Sequence record: LC768500.1
Strand: one strand, 5' to 3'
DNA length: 64,000 bases
The position numbers and the translations under genes were made by a program. The notes beneath the pieces were generated by a model. It was not told the DNA's origin. It made no database searches and saw nothing but the letters and a program-made list of their open reading frames with translations. Shown here piece after piece: positions 19,365-29,639 of the stretch; positions within the stretch are counted from its first letter, which is position 1, and each line of letters begins with the position of its first letter.

Positions 19365-19396
19365 TAACTCCTCTACCCGTAAGGGTAGAGGAGTTA
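19365..19396. terminator. bidirectional terminator
   Basis: TAACTCCTCTACCC-gtaa-GGGTAGAGGAGTTA, 14-bp stem between converging genes. Confidence 0.85.
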
Positions 19397-19414
19397 CTTA
19401 ATTACTTATTTTTT

Positions 19415-22378
19415 TTACTCTGGAAGGGTGTCATCAACTTGGAAGTCGTCTTTCTTATTGCTGTCTTCTTCTGTCTCTGTTTCTTCCTCGGTTTGGTTTT
19501 CTTCTTTGGAAGTATCTGTTCCCGTCTCTTCTTCCTCGGTCGTTCCACCTTCCCCAGGCAAATCTTCCTCTATTGAGAAATCGTCGTCTGTCTGAGTTCC
19601 CTCTTCAGGGGTACCCTCATCAGCAGGTTGGGCGCCGAACTCATTCGCCGGAGGCTGTTCCGCAGGCATAATCTTTTCCAAACGTTTAGCCAGGCGATCG
19701 GTCTCTTTATTCCAGACCTTCATGAACTGTTCTAAGAACATTCCACTGTTGTCTACGTACTGAGATATGTTGTGGATTAACGAATAGATCCCACCTTCTT
19801 TACCCTTGTTACCGATAAGATCGAACGGCATAGGGAGGTTGAATCGATCATAGAGCTCGATCAGATAAGTGCTGCGAATAATGGATTTAGCTTTCTCAAT
19901 ATCCAGACCGCCGTTAGCGTCAACCTTGTTCATGATCATTTCAATCAGGCCCGACGTACCTGACATTTCAACCCACGAGTTTACAAACTGATTGACCGTA
20001 TCGATTTTATCTTTCAGTTTGGTTACTGATTCCTGAGTAGCCGGAGTCGGTAAGGTCACGGTGAGGTTGTTGATAAAGTCAGCCAGGATAACTTCAACGA
20101 TGTGCTCGTTAGTTCCCTCTATCTCTTCGCCGTTATCAGGTTTCCACAACGATTTGTTCTCGTTAATGGTGTCGACCAAACGATTCAACATAACCTGGTT
20201 AACCAACATATCCTTACGTTCGATCTCAGCAACAAAGTCACCCAATACCTTCTGCCAGATCAATGTTTGGTTGCGGAGCATTTCCTGCTCGGCCAATGCT
20301 TCGACCTGGAAGTTGGTTCCTTCTTCTTTATCGTCCAACCAAGTACGTTGGAGCTTAAAGGTGGAGGCGATGTTGTTGAGGAGGTTCTGTCTGGAGGTTT
20401 CGTCAATAGCTTTGAAGTTACCGCGTTCAACCGGTTCCAGAGTTATCTTGGGCCCGACCATCCACGGGTTACCGTTACTATTAACCTCAACGATCAGGGA
20501 TTGGGTCTTCATTGCTTCAACAATGTCGGGTACTGAAACAGTGCCCGAGTTTACTACGTTGTGAAGCGTTGGGTTCACCCTGAAGAACTGCGCCCTGGCC
20601 GTAGCAATCGTGCCATCCGGATCAACGTCATCTTCTTCCAGATCAACCACTAAACGCTGACGAGTTTGAGCTTGATCCAAGTTAGCCAGAATATCAGCAG
20701 TATCTAACGCTGCCAAACGTCCGATATGGAGTTTAGCCTGGTTAGTTAAAGAAGAGCCAATACCAAAGCTATTATAGTCAAACGCGACGTAGGTAAAGTA
20801 TTCGGCCGGAATGTAAAGCACCCGAACACCCTGCTGCTTGAAAGAACGAGCCAGGAAGATCTTCAGGTTAGCTTCAACCAATTCGACAGAAATATTTTTC
20901 CCGCTCACGCCAGAAGCAATTGCCTGGATAAGGGACTTCTCTATTTGATCTTTCGATAACAGGGCGAATTCTGACATATCGAAGTCACAATCAGCACCTT
21001 GCTGAACTTTCTTCAAATTAGCGATAAGTGCGTTAGTCCCACCCGTTTTATTGGGGGTATCGATTTTATCTTTCTGTCCCTTAGAGGACTGATAGAAGTT
21101 AAAGTCCCTCGTGCTTTTTAAGAACTCCCCATTTGACGGATCGAGTAGGGCAAAACCACCGATCAATTTAGTTCGGTCGCCTTCCATATGAACAGGAATA
21201 AACGCTTCACTTGGGATATGATACCGCAAAGGTATTCCATAAACAGAAGTGTCGTAAACCCCAGGACTCCGAATACTAATGGTCTGCCGATGCGGATAGC
21301 TTCGATGCGGATAAATTTCGTTTTGAAGGACTTCTAGCTGGCTCTCTGGCAAAACCTGAGTTTTAGTATCAGCGTTAGGGGTCCCGTTCTTACGTTTAGC
21401 CTTAGAGTCGTCAGGCTCTTTATTCGACTTCTTAGGATCTTGTTTCTTATCCTTGGTTGCCGCGGCCTCTTCTTCCTCTCCCTCGCCTTTTTTCTCTAGC
21501 CGAGATTTAATAAGGGAAGCAAGATCTTCCGTCCCACCAATGTCGTTAACGATCTTCTTCGTTAAAACCTGATTTACGGAACGAAGCGCTAACACCGCTG
21601 GGTTATCGGTTAGTGTGATGCCAAAACCTTCTCCTTCGTCATTCTCGATTAATTCGAACTCAGTAGAGGTGTCTGGCGTGGTGTGGCTAAACAAAGCCTC
21701 TAACCCATGAACCACGTTATTGAGCTGCTTAGGTCCCCTCACCAATCCTTTGTTGATGGCGAGAAACTTACCGTCGACATTTTTAAATTGCTTCTCAATC
21801 TCTGGTTTTATCTGAGCGTTAATGTAACTTTCGTTACCTGTCACTCCGTCTTCTCCAAACTGCTGACCGTTGATAAGGTGATCCAGCGCAGGTCTAGAGA
21901 TGTTCAAAAGCACGTAGGATCCTGTACCGAATAACCCGTCTTTGATGAACTCCGGTAACAGCTTCTCGATTTTATAGTCGCTGGTATAGTAGGTTTCCGT
22001 CTTACGGAGCAACTCTTCATGCAGCTTAGTATTTTTAAATTGAGACCGCAAAGTATCGTGAGTAAGGATCCTTTCCTGTAATCCGTTCGGGTAGAGGAGA
22101 AGCGTCTTCCAGATTAATTCCGCCCGCGAAACATAAGGTGTGATTTCCCTTAAGTCAGTTGCCGCATTGATATTGCTGGCAATGATATCGCTGATCTTTT
22201 TTAATTTGGAAGGTTGGACTTTACGTTCTTTCTCATCCGTATTTCTGGTATGATCTCTCTCGTCCCGAACGAGGTTCCGAACGACGCTTTTTAACGAGGG
22301 GCTGATATTGTTTAAATTACCCCTGAGTTTGGTTTGATCGAGGTAATCATATCCTCGGGTTGAACGCGTTCTATTCAT
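19415..22378 (-). CDS. portal protein precursor (phiKZ gp129-like)
   Basis: 987 aa on the opposite strand, a few genes after MCP/nvRNAP; G-x-E sites in the N-terminal region; long acidic C-terminal tail; call rests mainly on size and synteny. Confidence 0.72.
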   Translation of the reverse strand: MNRTRSTRGYDYLDQTKLRGNLNNISPSLKSVVRNLVRDERDHTRNTDEKERKVQPSKLKKISDIIASNINAATDLREITPYVSRAELIWKTLLLYPNGLQERILTHDTLRSQFKNTKLHEELLRKTETYYTSDYKIEKLLPEFIKDGLFGTGSYVLLNISRPALDHLINGQQFGEDGVTGNESYINAQIKPEIEKQFKNVDGKFLAINKGLVRGPKQLNNVVHGLEALFSHTTPDTSTEFELIENDEGEGFGITLTDNPAVLALRSVNQVLTKKIVNDIGGTEDLASLIKSRLEKKGEGEEEEAAATKDKKQDPKKSNKEPDDSKAKRKNGTPNADTKTQVLPESQLEVLQNEIYPHRSYPHRQTISIRSPGVYDTSVYGIPLRYHIPSEAFIPVHMEGDRTKLIGGFALLDPSNGEFLKSTRDFNFYQSSKGQKDKIDTPNKTGGTNALIANLKKVQQGADCDFDMSEFALLSKDQIEKSLIQAIASGVSGKNISVELVEANLKIFLARSFKQQGVRVLYIPAEYFTYVAFDYNSFGIGSSLTNQAKLHIGRLAALDTADILANLDQAQTRQRLVVDLEEDDVDPDGTIATARAQFFRVNPTLHNVVNSGTVSVPDIVEAMKTQSLIVEVNSNGNPWMVGPKITLEPVERGNFKAIDETSRQNLLNNIASTFKLQRTWLDDKEEGTNFQVEALAEQEMLRNQTLIWQKVLGDFVAEIERKDMLVNQVMLNRLVDTINENKSLWKPDNGEEIEGTNEHIVEVILADFINNLTVTLPTPATQESVTKLKDKIDTVNQFVNSWVEMSGTSGLIEMIMNKVDANGGLDIEKAKSIIRSTYLIELYDRFNLPMPFDLIGNKGKEGGIYSLIHNISQYVDNSGMFLEQFMKVWNKETDRLAKRLEKIMPAEQPPANEFGAQPADEGTPEEGTQTDDDFSIEEDLPGEGGTTEEEETGTDTSKEENQTEEETETEEDSNKKDDFQVDDTLPE

Positions 22379-22403
22379 AAATGTAGACTCTTAGAGAAGA
22401 CTC

Positions 22404-24491
22404 ATGGAAAATATTGATTTTAATGCGTATGTGGCGGATACGATAAGTTTGGTCAGAACCATGGTCGTCAAATGTGAAGCCATAGCGACTATAGATAACT
22501 CGTTGCTGACCTCCGCTGGTTACCCCGTTAGTGACGATAAACGCACTTGGCGGTACTACCTTAACTTAAACGGCCAATATCACGCTGCTGATGTAAAGAT
22601 GTACGTGTCCTCACTGGATACGGGTGAAGAGATTCTTTTTAGTAAAGAATCGTTAGAAGAACACCTTATTACTAAAAAGGCGTATCTTTCTTCCGGTTAT
22701 TGGTATAACCGATTGGTAACTGATTATCCCGCGCAACGAGAGCTAATAAATGGGATATTGGATCCTATCGCGTTAGATGACGCCATTGGAGCCAAGAACT
22801 ATAAAATCCTTCGGTATAACGAAGACTTAGTTTTGTGGAATGAAGATCAGGTTATTCCGAGACTCCAGGATTGGATTGACGCGTTCTGCCATCAGCATTT
22901 CGGGACAGAATACTTTTACACAGATAACTTAATGCTCCCAGTAGTATTGGCTACGCTGTACGGATTAATGCCAGGGGCGTTAATGACGATCCGTGAAGAA
23001 GCCATAGGAACGAGGTACGTCCACGACTTCCATATCTGGGGGCGGTTAAATTCCTACGGTGATTTCACTCAGTATAAAAATGTGCTGAATGGGGTTCAGA
23101 CTCTTTGGCTTTATCGCAATATTGAATGGTTGGCGGATAATGCCGGGAAGAACTACACACTCGGCTTGCTCATTCAAAATCTGCTGACGGTAAGAGGGAT
23201 ACCTATCGCTGAGTTCGAGGTAACCTACAATACTGAAAATCAAATTGAAGATCTATCTCCAACGGTCGCCTTCATTAAGAACAACTTAAACTTACTCGAT
23301 CGATATACCGACAAGCACAAAATTTATACTGCGGAAGAAATCATCGATAAAGAATCTCTTTTGGCTAAAGATAATCCGGCTCAACAAGAAATATATCTGG
23401 ATGACATCAAAGCCAAGGGTAAGTTCGCGTTATTCTCCAGCATCCCGTCCAAGTTACTGGAATCGGAAATGGAGGACTATACCACTCGTCACGCTATTAC
23501 GCTGATGAACTCCGCATATCACCATTGGGTTTATCTTGTCAAGAACGGTTATTACAACGCTGTTATTGACGTCCCTAACCCTAAAGAGGCGACTACCTTC
23601 AGATTGACCGTTAAAGAAGGCTTGATACTCTGGACGTATCTGACCAGAAGGATACGTGGCGAAGATCTCTCTTTAATGGAAGGTGTTTTTTATCAGAACG
23701 TATTAAAGATCACCCCGCCCACTTATTCCGAGTTAAGGGAAAAGGGTTCAAATTCCTTTTTATACGATTACCAGATAAAAGATGCCATCGAACTTCACGT
23801 CCCGTACGAAAAGATAATTTCTACTGATGCTTTTTATCAAAAAGCAAAAGAGAATTATTTGCTGGCTTGGAAATACCAAAAGTTCTACGCTCAGTACCAC
23901 GATCAGTTCCGTCAAGCGGTAGTTAAAAACGTAACGGACTCTTTCTTTGAGCGGGGCAAATGGGATATCAAAAGTGAAGTAACCTCTTTTGATACCTGGC
24001 TGGCTAACAAGGAATTGGATTTCTCTAATTATACTGACGATGAGTTATTAGGGCTGGCTTGGGATACGTTCTCGTTAGCAACTGGCTGGGATAGTTCAAA
24101 CGTAACGTTACGCACGCTGCAATCTAGTCTTATTAAACTGATGTTGGAACTTTCTAGTTACACCATCCACGTTTACACGACTATTGACGACGGTAATAAT
24201 ACTATTGAAGCAGGGTCCCGCATAGATTTGGGGATCCGTAAGGATTCCTTCACCTCTACTATGGATGGTAGGGCGGTTCTGCTTCCGGCCATGTTGCACG
24301 TCGTACCTAATATCGACATGAAGGGCAAAACAACATCCATCGTTGATTTTAATACTTACGGTGGTGTTGACACGGGGTCTGTTGGCGAAGCCACGTTGCC
24401 TCTCGATCCCGAGTTAGTAGAGAATACAACAAGGAAATCCTCTTCCTACGGATTACTCCCCATGTTCTTTACACTCACTAACTCGGAATGA
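22404..24491 (+). CDS. conserved phiKZ-like virion (baseplate-region) protein
   Basis: 695 aa divergent from the portal gene; WRYYLNLNGQYH..D..MYVSSLDTGEEI segment recognised as typical of this conserved family. Confidence 0.6.
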   Translation: MENIDFNAYVADTISLVRTMVVKCEAIATIDNSLLTSAGYPVSDDKRTWRYYLNLNGQYHAADVKMYVSSLDTGEEILFSKESLEEHLITKKAYLSSGYWYNRLVTDYPAQRELINGILDPIALDDAIGAKNYKILRYNEDLVLWNEDQVIPRLQDWIDAFCHQHFGTEYFYTDNLMLPVVLATLYGLMPGALMTIREEAIGTRYVHDFHIWGRLNSYGDFTQYKNVLNGVQTLWLYRNIEWLADNAGKNYTLGLLIQNLLTVRGIPIAEFEVTYNTENQIEDLSPTVAFIKNNLNLLDRYTDKHKIYTAEEIIDKESLLAKDNPAQQEIYLDDIKAKGKFALFSSIPSKLLESEMEDYTTRHAITLMNSAYHHWVYLVKNGYYNAVIDVPNPKEATTFRLTVKEGLILWTYLTRRIRGEDLSLMEGVFYQNVLKITPPTYSELREKGSNSFLYDYQIKDAIELHVPYEKIISTDAFYQKAKENYLLAWKYQKFYAQYHDQFRQAVVKNVTDSFFERGKWDIKSEVTSFDTWLANKELDFSNYTDDELLGLAWDTFSLATGWDSSNVTLRTLQSSLIKLMLELSSYTIHVYTTIDDGNNTIEAGSRIDLGIRKDSFTSTMDGRAVLLPAMLHVVPNIDMKGKTTSIVDFNTYGGVDTGSVGEATLPLDPELVENTTRKSSSYGLLPMFFTLTNSE

Positions 24492-24904
24492 TAAAAATGA
24501 CTAATACACAGCAATGGCCTATCAATCTCGTTAAAAACGAATACTTCAAAGACAACGGAATACGTGGAGAAAGATTGCAGCAACTCATCTCCTTTATTCC
24601 GTTAGGCAGGACAGAAGAAGGCAATTATCTTTATGAGGTCACCAAATCAGGAAGCTGTCCGAATACTGAACAGTGGGAATTAGAACGATACGATCTTTCT
24701 TTTATCTCAAGAAAACATCTGATAAGTGATAGCGAAACCGTAAATCATTTGAACATGCTAATCCCTTTTATTAGTAAGGCGACGGGTTATCACTTATTAC
24801 CGGGTGACATCGGTGGCGTGACCTTTCATAAAACATACTGGATTATCGACGTAGCGAAAGACTCGTTGAGATTCACCGGCTCTTTCTCAATCATGAAGAA
24901 ATAA
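24488..24904 (+). CDS. hypothetical protein
   Basis: 138 aa; ATGA overlap with the upstream gene. Confidence 0.6.
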   Translation: MIKMTNTQQWPINLVKNEYFKDNGIRGERLQQLISFIPLGRTEEGNYLYEVTKSGSCPNTEQWELERYDLSFISRKHLISDSETVNHLNMLIPFISKATGYHLLPGDIGGVTFHKTYWIIDVAKDSLRFTGSFSIMKK

Positions 24905-24915
24905 GGATTTATTCA

Positions 24916-25821
24916 ATGGCAACTGACACTCAACAATCTTCCAACTCCAGACTGCCCAGTCAGATTGTTACCGCAACAGCATTTGGTGTGAAGATCGCGA
25001 TCGCCGCTATTACCAAACAAAACGTGGAAGTCGAACAATACACCACGCTCAACGAAATACATTCCGTCCTGGCTGATGAAAGTTTGGGTGTGAAAGCCGG
25101 TTCTGACTTTACCCTGAAGTATTATGGGTTAGGCGTTAAGGGTTCTCAGTTCATTGGTAACGACGCCAACGGCATTGCCCGTATGTTGGTTAACCAACAT
25201 CAGCCGATCGACTGTAACGCGTTCTATCCCATTCCGCTTGTCGTAAGAGAGCTCTCCGACGACCTCACCGCGGATCAACGTGCTAACTACCGTATGCGTG
25301 TTGTTTTTACTAAAGATAGTGTGACTTACGTCGCTTACTATCTGCGGGTTATCAGTTTTGCGGCGTTCAGTCCGTCGATTGTAAAAATCACGAAGGATCC
25401 TACAACGGGTAACGAAGATCCTGATGTTTACGTTCCGACCTCTGACTATCAGCACCCGACTCCGATCACGCCTAATAGCGACGGTACCGTTCCGCTTTCC
25501 AATCAGTATGTTTCGGCAACGGGTAAACTGGATCTCAGTATCGATGCGTCAGGGCTGGCTGAACTTCGCAACGCCTGTTCAATTATGTTCGGCGATGAGT
25601 CTTACGCCGCTCCAAACGAATATTACGTTTGCACCGGTATCGATACCCCGAGCTCTGGTCAGACGTCCGGTTCCATTAATGTTTCCTATACAGAAGCTGT
25701 CAGCGCAATCATCGCTTACTTCATTACGGAAACTCATCCTCGCGATGCTAATGCGAACGGCGCAATTGAAATGTTCTTTGATATCGGAGCAAGCGCCCCG
25801 TTGTTGCTGGCTTCTAGCTAA
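24916..25821 (+). CDS. virion structural protein
   Basis: 301 aa, AAGGA RBS, high-expression codon bias, within the structural operon. Confidence 0.6.
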   Translation: MATDTQQSSNSRLPSQIVTATAFGVKIAIAAITKQNVEVEQYTTLNEIHSVLADESLGVKAGSDFTLKYYGLGVKGSQFIGNDANGIARMLVNQHQPIDCNAFYPIPLVVRELSDDLTADQRANYRMRVVFTKDSVTYVAYYLRVISFAAFSPSIVKITKDPTTGNEDPDVYVPTSDYQHPTPITPNSDGTVPLSNQYVSATGKLDLSIDASGLAELRNACSIMFGDESYAAPNEYYVCTGIDTPSSGQTSGSINVSYTEAVSAIIAYFITETHPRDANANGAIEMFFDIGASAPLLLASS

Positions 25822-25832
25822 GGAGAAACATC

Positions 25833-26480
25833 ATGCTCTTTAAAGAGTTATCTCCTACCGGGGGGGTCCTTCAACTCCCTAAGTTAGTCGTCGGTAAACT
25901 ATCCACCGATTACTTTGAGATCATTACCGATTTTTATGAAGTCGTTCTGGATCAAAGTGTTTACAAAGTTTCCCAAGTCTATCTCGGCAGTGACGGCAGG
26001 CCTAAACTCGAACTCGTTCCCAATGAAATCAATGTGTTTAACGACATACTTTATTTCACAGGTAAAGGAGTAACGGGATTAACTTATCAGGATGTCGTTA
26101 CAACTATCGCCAACCCTATGCAGACCGTTGCTGATGCGTTTTTGGATCAGTCCCCTGTTTGGGTTCCCGCTATAGAAGAGCTGAGTTTCCTTTCTAATCT
26201 CGAACTCAATACCCCACGTGACATCTTCACCGTGACCGATCAATATCCCCGTAAACTCGCTAATTTGTTGAGCGGGGGAAGGAATCACGTGAAGTGGGGT
26301 GTGGGGTCTTTGAACGAGTATTCCACCGCGGGATTCTCTTTACTGTATTACGGTGATGTGAGTAACGCACCATCGTCTTACGCTTATCCGCCTGCTGCTA
26401 AAACAATCGCTATTGTTTCGCTTAACTCAGGCAATAACAAAGGAATGGTAATGCTGTGCTCGGACAAAAAGATCGAATAA
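25833..26480 (+). CDS. hypothetical protein, probably structural
   Basis: 215 aa, AAGGAG RBS. Confidence 0.6.
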   Translation: MLFKELSPTGGVLQLPKLVVGKLSTDYFEIITDFYEVVLDQSVYKVSQVYLGSDGRPKLELVPNEINVFNDILYFTGKGVTGLTYQDVVTTIANPMQTVADAFLDQSPVWVPAIEELSFLSNLELNTPRDIFTVTDQYPRKLANLLSGGRNHVKWGVGSLNEYSTAGFSLLYYGDVSNAPSSYAYPPAAKTIAIVSLNSGNNKGMVMLCSDKKIE

Positions 26481-27055
26481 GAGAAAAAACGATTATTCGG
26501 ATTATCGGGACCGACCCCAGTACAACGCACATGGGTAATGCCGTTATTGACGTCAACATTACGGAAACTCAAAAATTCCAATTACGTTACGTCAATACGG
26601 TTATCGGTGACAAGGTCGATTTTTACGAGAAGCTGAACTACACTGAGAGACCCGTTACCAAACGCACATTGGGGATGTCAAGATCGTATAAGGATCTCTT
26701 AGAGATCTTTGAGCCTGACATCGCTATTTGCGAGGATAACTTCTTAGGGGCTTCTGCGGATACGTATAAACGATTAGTTGAAACCGTCTCTATGTTGCGC
26801 GATACTGTTAAAGAGCACAGTAAATCGCTGTTCTTTATGAGCGTTCTCCCTAATCTTGCTAAGGCTATCGTTGGCGCCAATTTTAAAGGTACTCAAAAAG
26901 AAGACGTGCTGAAGGGTTTAAAGAACTATCCGCACCTAGATCTTAACGGTATCGATCTTGACACCCTCGATGACCACAGCGTTGACAGTATCGTTATCGC
27001 ATTGTATCTTTGTGAAATGGTCGCAAAAGACTATAAGGTATTTCCTCATGACTGA
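26456..27055 (+). CDS. ruvC: RuvC-like Holliday junction resolvase
   Basis: IIGTDPS (catalytic D), ICEDNF (E), DDHSVDSI (D/D); GTG start uncertain. Confidence 0.85.
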   Translation: MLGQKDRIREKTIIRIIGTDPSTTHMGNAVIDVNITETQKFQLRYVNTVIGDKVDFYEKLNYTERPVTKRTLGMSRSYKDLLEIFEPDIAICEDNFLGASADTYKRLVETVSMLRDTVKEHSKSLFFMSVLPNLAKAIVGANFKGTQKEDVLKGLKNYPHLDLNGIDLDTLDDHSVDSIVIALYLCEMVAKDYKVFPHD

Positions 27056-27449
27056 ACAAAAAGCGCAGGGGGAAGAGGTTACAGAAGAAGATCCGCTGCT
27101 CGAAGTTGAGCATCCTCAGGGATTAGAGGGAAAGGTATTCGGTAAATGGACCGTAAGGTTGCGCAACGTCTGTGGCGTGGTTGCGTGCCTTTCGGTTTGC
27201 TATAATTCCATTAACTACACAGATACCATAAAGAAAGCAGTCCTGGCGGGATACGGTTATCCAGACAGGACGAGCTTAGGGATCGTCTTCATCGGTCCGA
27301 TTATCATCGCCCTTGTTTTCATGAACGCCAGCAAAATCTTGCAGGTTATCATGAAGATTCCTGGTGTGGCGGAAAAGCTGCGCAAAGGAACTATCGGGGT
27401 GCTGACTCGACCTGGAGATAATCCTCCACCGCCTCCACCACAGAAATAA
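27048..27449 (+). CDS. membrane protein with two hydrophobic segments (holin candidate)
   Basis: start moved to ATG 27048 (TAAGG RBS, 8-nt overlap with the ruvC stop); acidic N-terminus, two hydrophobic stretches, Pro-rich C-terminus; converges on the spanin genes. Confidence 0.55.
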   Translation: MTEQKAQGEEVTEEDPLLEVEHPQGLEGKVFGKWTVRLRNVCGVVACLSVCYNSINYTDTIKKAVLAGYGYPDRTSLGIVFIGPIIIALVFMNASKILQVIMKIPGVAEKLRKGTIGVLTRPGDNPPPPPPQK

Positions 27450-27455
27450 GAAAGT

Positions 27456-27489
27456 TATACTCCTCCTACCCTAGGGTAGGAGGAGTATA
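27456..27489. terminator. bidirectional terminator, perfect 34-bp palindrome
   Basis: TATACTCCTCCTACCCT|AGGGTAGGAGGAGTATA between converging genes. Confidence 0.85.
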
Positions 27490-27501
27490 TTTATTTTATT
27501 A

Positions 27502-28035
27502 TTATTTTTGCTCGGTAGTCGTCGAAGAAGTGACTTTCGTTACAACAGATTTAGTTGCTGCTTTGGCTTTGGTCATTAGGAATTTAGGATCAAAGAGATT
27601 GACCGTTCCTGAAGCCTGATCGACAATTTGATCAATGTTGCCGAGTAGGCCTTTGATGGCAACTTGCGAAGCATAAACCAAATCGTTGGCGTTATCTAAA
27701 TCCCTCGTAGTCGTAATAAGTTTTAAACGAGTGAGCTTGTAGCATCTAACATAGTCAGTATTCTGATCCAAGCAATCATTTGCCTTAAGCCATTCGTCGA
27801 GTACGATGAGTTGACTAATGGGTTCTACCGGATTATCAGAAACGAGTTCCTTTGGGACGGTATGGGCAGCTTCTTTCAATTGCTGAAGATTGATTCCCAT
27901 GCTACTGACTTGAGCGGCTTGAGCCTCCACCTGAAGTTTGGTGTTGGCTTCGCTGACTGTGGTCTTGTGGCTGCACCCCGTCACTAAGATCATCAGCGCC
28001 GTAACGGCTAAGCATTTCATTATACGTTTTTTCAC
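27502..28035 (-). CDS. outer-membrane lipoprotein, o-spanin (Rz1-like)
   Basis: signal peptide ending in lipobox LVTG-C; 5' end overlaps the 3' end of an upstream single-TM gene; start may be ATG 28020. Confidence 0.7.
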   Translation of the reverse strand: MKKRIMKCLAVTALMILVTGCSHKTTVSEANTKLQVEAQAAQVSSMGINLQQLKEAAHTVPKELVSDNPVEPISQLIVLDEWLKANDCLDQNTDYVRCYKLTRLKLITTTRDLDNANDLVYASQVAIKGLLGNIDQIVDQASGTVNLFDPKFLMTKAKAATKSVVTKVTSSTTTEQK

Positions 28036-28294
28036 GATCTTGACCTCGACGATCTAACATAAGAGCAAGTTGAGCGTTGAGTTTAGTTTGGCTAGCTGTG
28101 GAGATTTCGATAGCCTCCCGTAAACTCTTCATTTGGTCAGTGATTTTTGCCATCTGACCCACGGTTTCTTGATCGACTGTATCCTTAGGGAAAAACCGAT
28201 TAACCCCAAGAATAATCATGATGACCAATAATAATAAAATAACGATCCCGTCTTTAACTACACTTCCGACATTATCTTTAGTAATAACCGACAT
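27902..28294 (-). CDS. inner-membrane i-spanin (Rz-like)
   Basis: single N-terminal TM (IVILLLLVIMIILGV) followed by a helical/coiled-coil domain; 134-nt overlap with the lipoprotein gene. Confidence 0.7.
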   Translation of the reverse strand: MSVITKDNVGSVVKDGIVILLLLVIMIILGVNRFFPKDTVDQETVGQMAKITDQMKSLREAIEISTASQTKLNAQLALMLDRRGQDREKTYNEMLSRYGADDLSDGVQPQDHSQRSQHQTSGGGSSRSSQ

Positions 28295-28305
28295 GACGAA
28301 TACCT

Positions 28306-29538
28306 CTAAACTAGAGCATGGATTTTGAACACAAAGCCAGTCACAAGGTCATCGCTAAAGTAACGGTTACGGAAAGCATGATAGAGATCCCCCCCGTTAT
28401 CGACGCCCGTGAGGCCATTAACGTAATCCGGGGTTAACCGGATATCGGTACTCCACAGCATTTGGTTACCACCTCTTTTAGAAATATAAGAGGGGAACAG
28501 GCCGTTGCTCAACATAAGAGGATGAGCGTAGGTGTCGTTAACCAAGAAGACTGTAGGGTAGCGATAGGTGATCAGTGGAGTTATCGTAATCCCGAAGTCT
28601 GGATTATCAAACACCACAAAAAAACTGTTTTGATTTAAAAGAAGTGCTTTAAACGTTTCCGCAGTATAAAGCTTATCTTTAGCAATGACTTTACGTTCCT
28701 TAGGATAAAGGTTACTTAAGTCAACGTAATTAAGAGATTCGAAAATTCGCTCGGGCCATTTATAATGACGGTAGTCGATACGTAGTCTTTTCTCACCCGT
28801 TCTTGTAACCAGGGGAGAACCTGTGACTAATCTTCCAGCGATAACTAACCAAACCTTCTTATCTTTGATAGGAACGTCTAGTTCGACTTCTAAACCAGTG
28901 AATCCATCTTCGTCAATGAACTTTATCATATCTTCGGTAAATGGACGTGTCTCTAAAGCAGATACTTTGGAGAAGTCATAGATGTCAACGTGACTGCTGT
29001 CATTAATGCGGTAATTCTTCCCGCCGTTTAAAAGATAGATCCCGTCGTCTCTACTTATTCCTCTAATGAAATGCCCGTTGAGATTAAAAAGACATTTCGT
29101 GATAAGGTCGTCGTATTTGCGGGTTGTCACAATGGTAGTTAGTAACAGATCCGGCGCTTCACTAACACTAACCAGGGCTTGACGATCCACGGACAACAGA
29201 TGATTAGCCGGAGCGATACGATAGCCGCTTAATTGAGCGTCACCACGTTGAACATAAACCAACTTCTCTCCCGGGAGTTCCGAAGAGAGAGTAAGAGGAT
29301 CGTTCTCTTTTGTCAGCAGCCAGGCTTCAATGGTCCCATCGAAAGTTTGAAATTCATACTGATAGTCAAAGGCGTTTAAACAAAGTTGTTTACCTACTAA
29401 TTCGTCGAGAATAACTATTCGTAATTTACTGTAGGTTTTAAAGTACTGGTTGGTCTTTAAAGTGCTTAAATCTACAACGGCTTCTCCAGCGTGCCCTGTG
29501 AGAGCAACGCCTACGGCTCGTACATACTGATAAGACAT
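28306..29538 (-). CDS. conserved phiKZ-like virion structural protein
   Basis: about 410 aa; start moved to ATG 29538 (GAGGG RBS); divergent from the tail-fibre cluster. Confidence 0.55.
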   Translation of the reverse strand: MSYQYVRAVGVALTGHAGEAVVDLSTLKTNQYFKTYSKLRIVILDELVGKQLCLNAFDYQYEFQTFDGTIEAWLLTKENDPLTLSSELPGEKLVYVQRGDAQLSGYRIAPANHLLSVDRQALVSVSEAPDLLLTTIVTTRKYDDLITKCLFNLNGHFIRGISRDDGIYLLNGGKNYRINDSSHVDIYDFSKVSALETRPFTEDMIKFIDEDGFTGLEVELDVPIKDKKVWLVIAGRLVTGSPLVTRTGEKRLRIDYRHYKWPERIFESLNYVDLSNLYPKERKVIAKDKLYTAETFKALLLNQNSFFVVFDNPDFGITITPLITYRYPTVFLVNDTYAHPLMLSNGLFPSYISKRGGNQMLWSTDIRLTPDYVNGLTGVDNGGDLYHAFRNRYFSDDLVTGFVFKIHALV

Positions 29539-29639
29539 AGCGCCCTCTTCCGGAATTCTATGGTTCATTATTTAAATTCATTCATAGGATCGGGCCGCTT
29601 AGCGTGGCGAGGTCTTCTAACCGCCAAACAGGATTCGAT

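Noticed and set aside
19415-19660. Acidic low-complexity C-terminal tail of the portal as a novel repeat
   Set aside because: It is E/D/T-rich without periodicity; disordered termini are common in these portal precursors.
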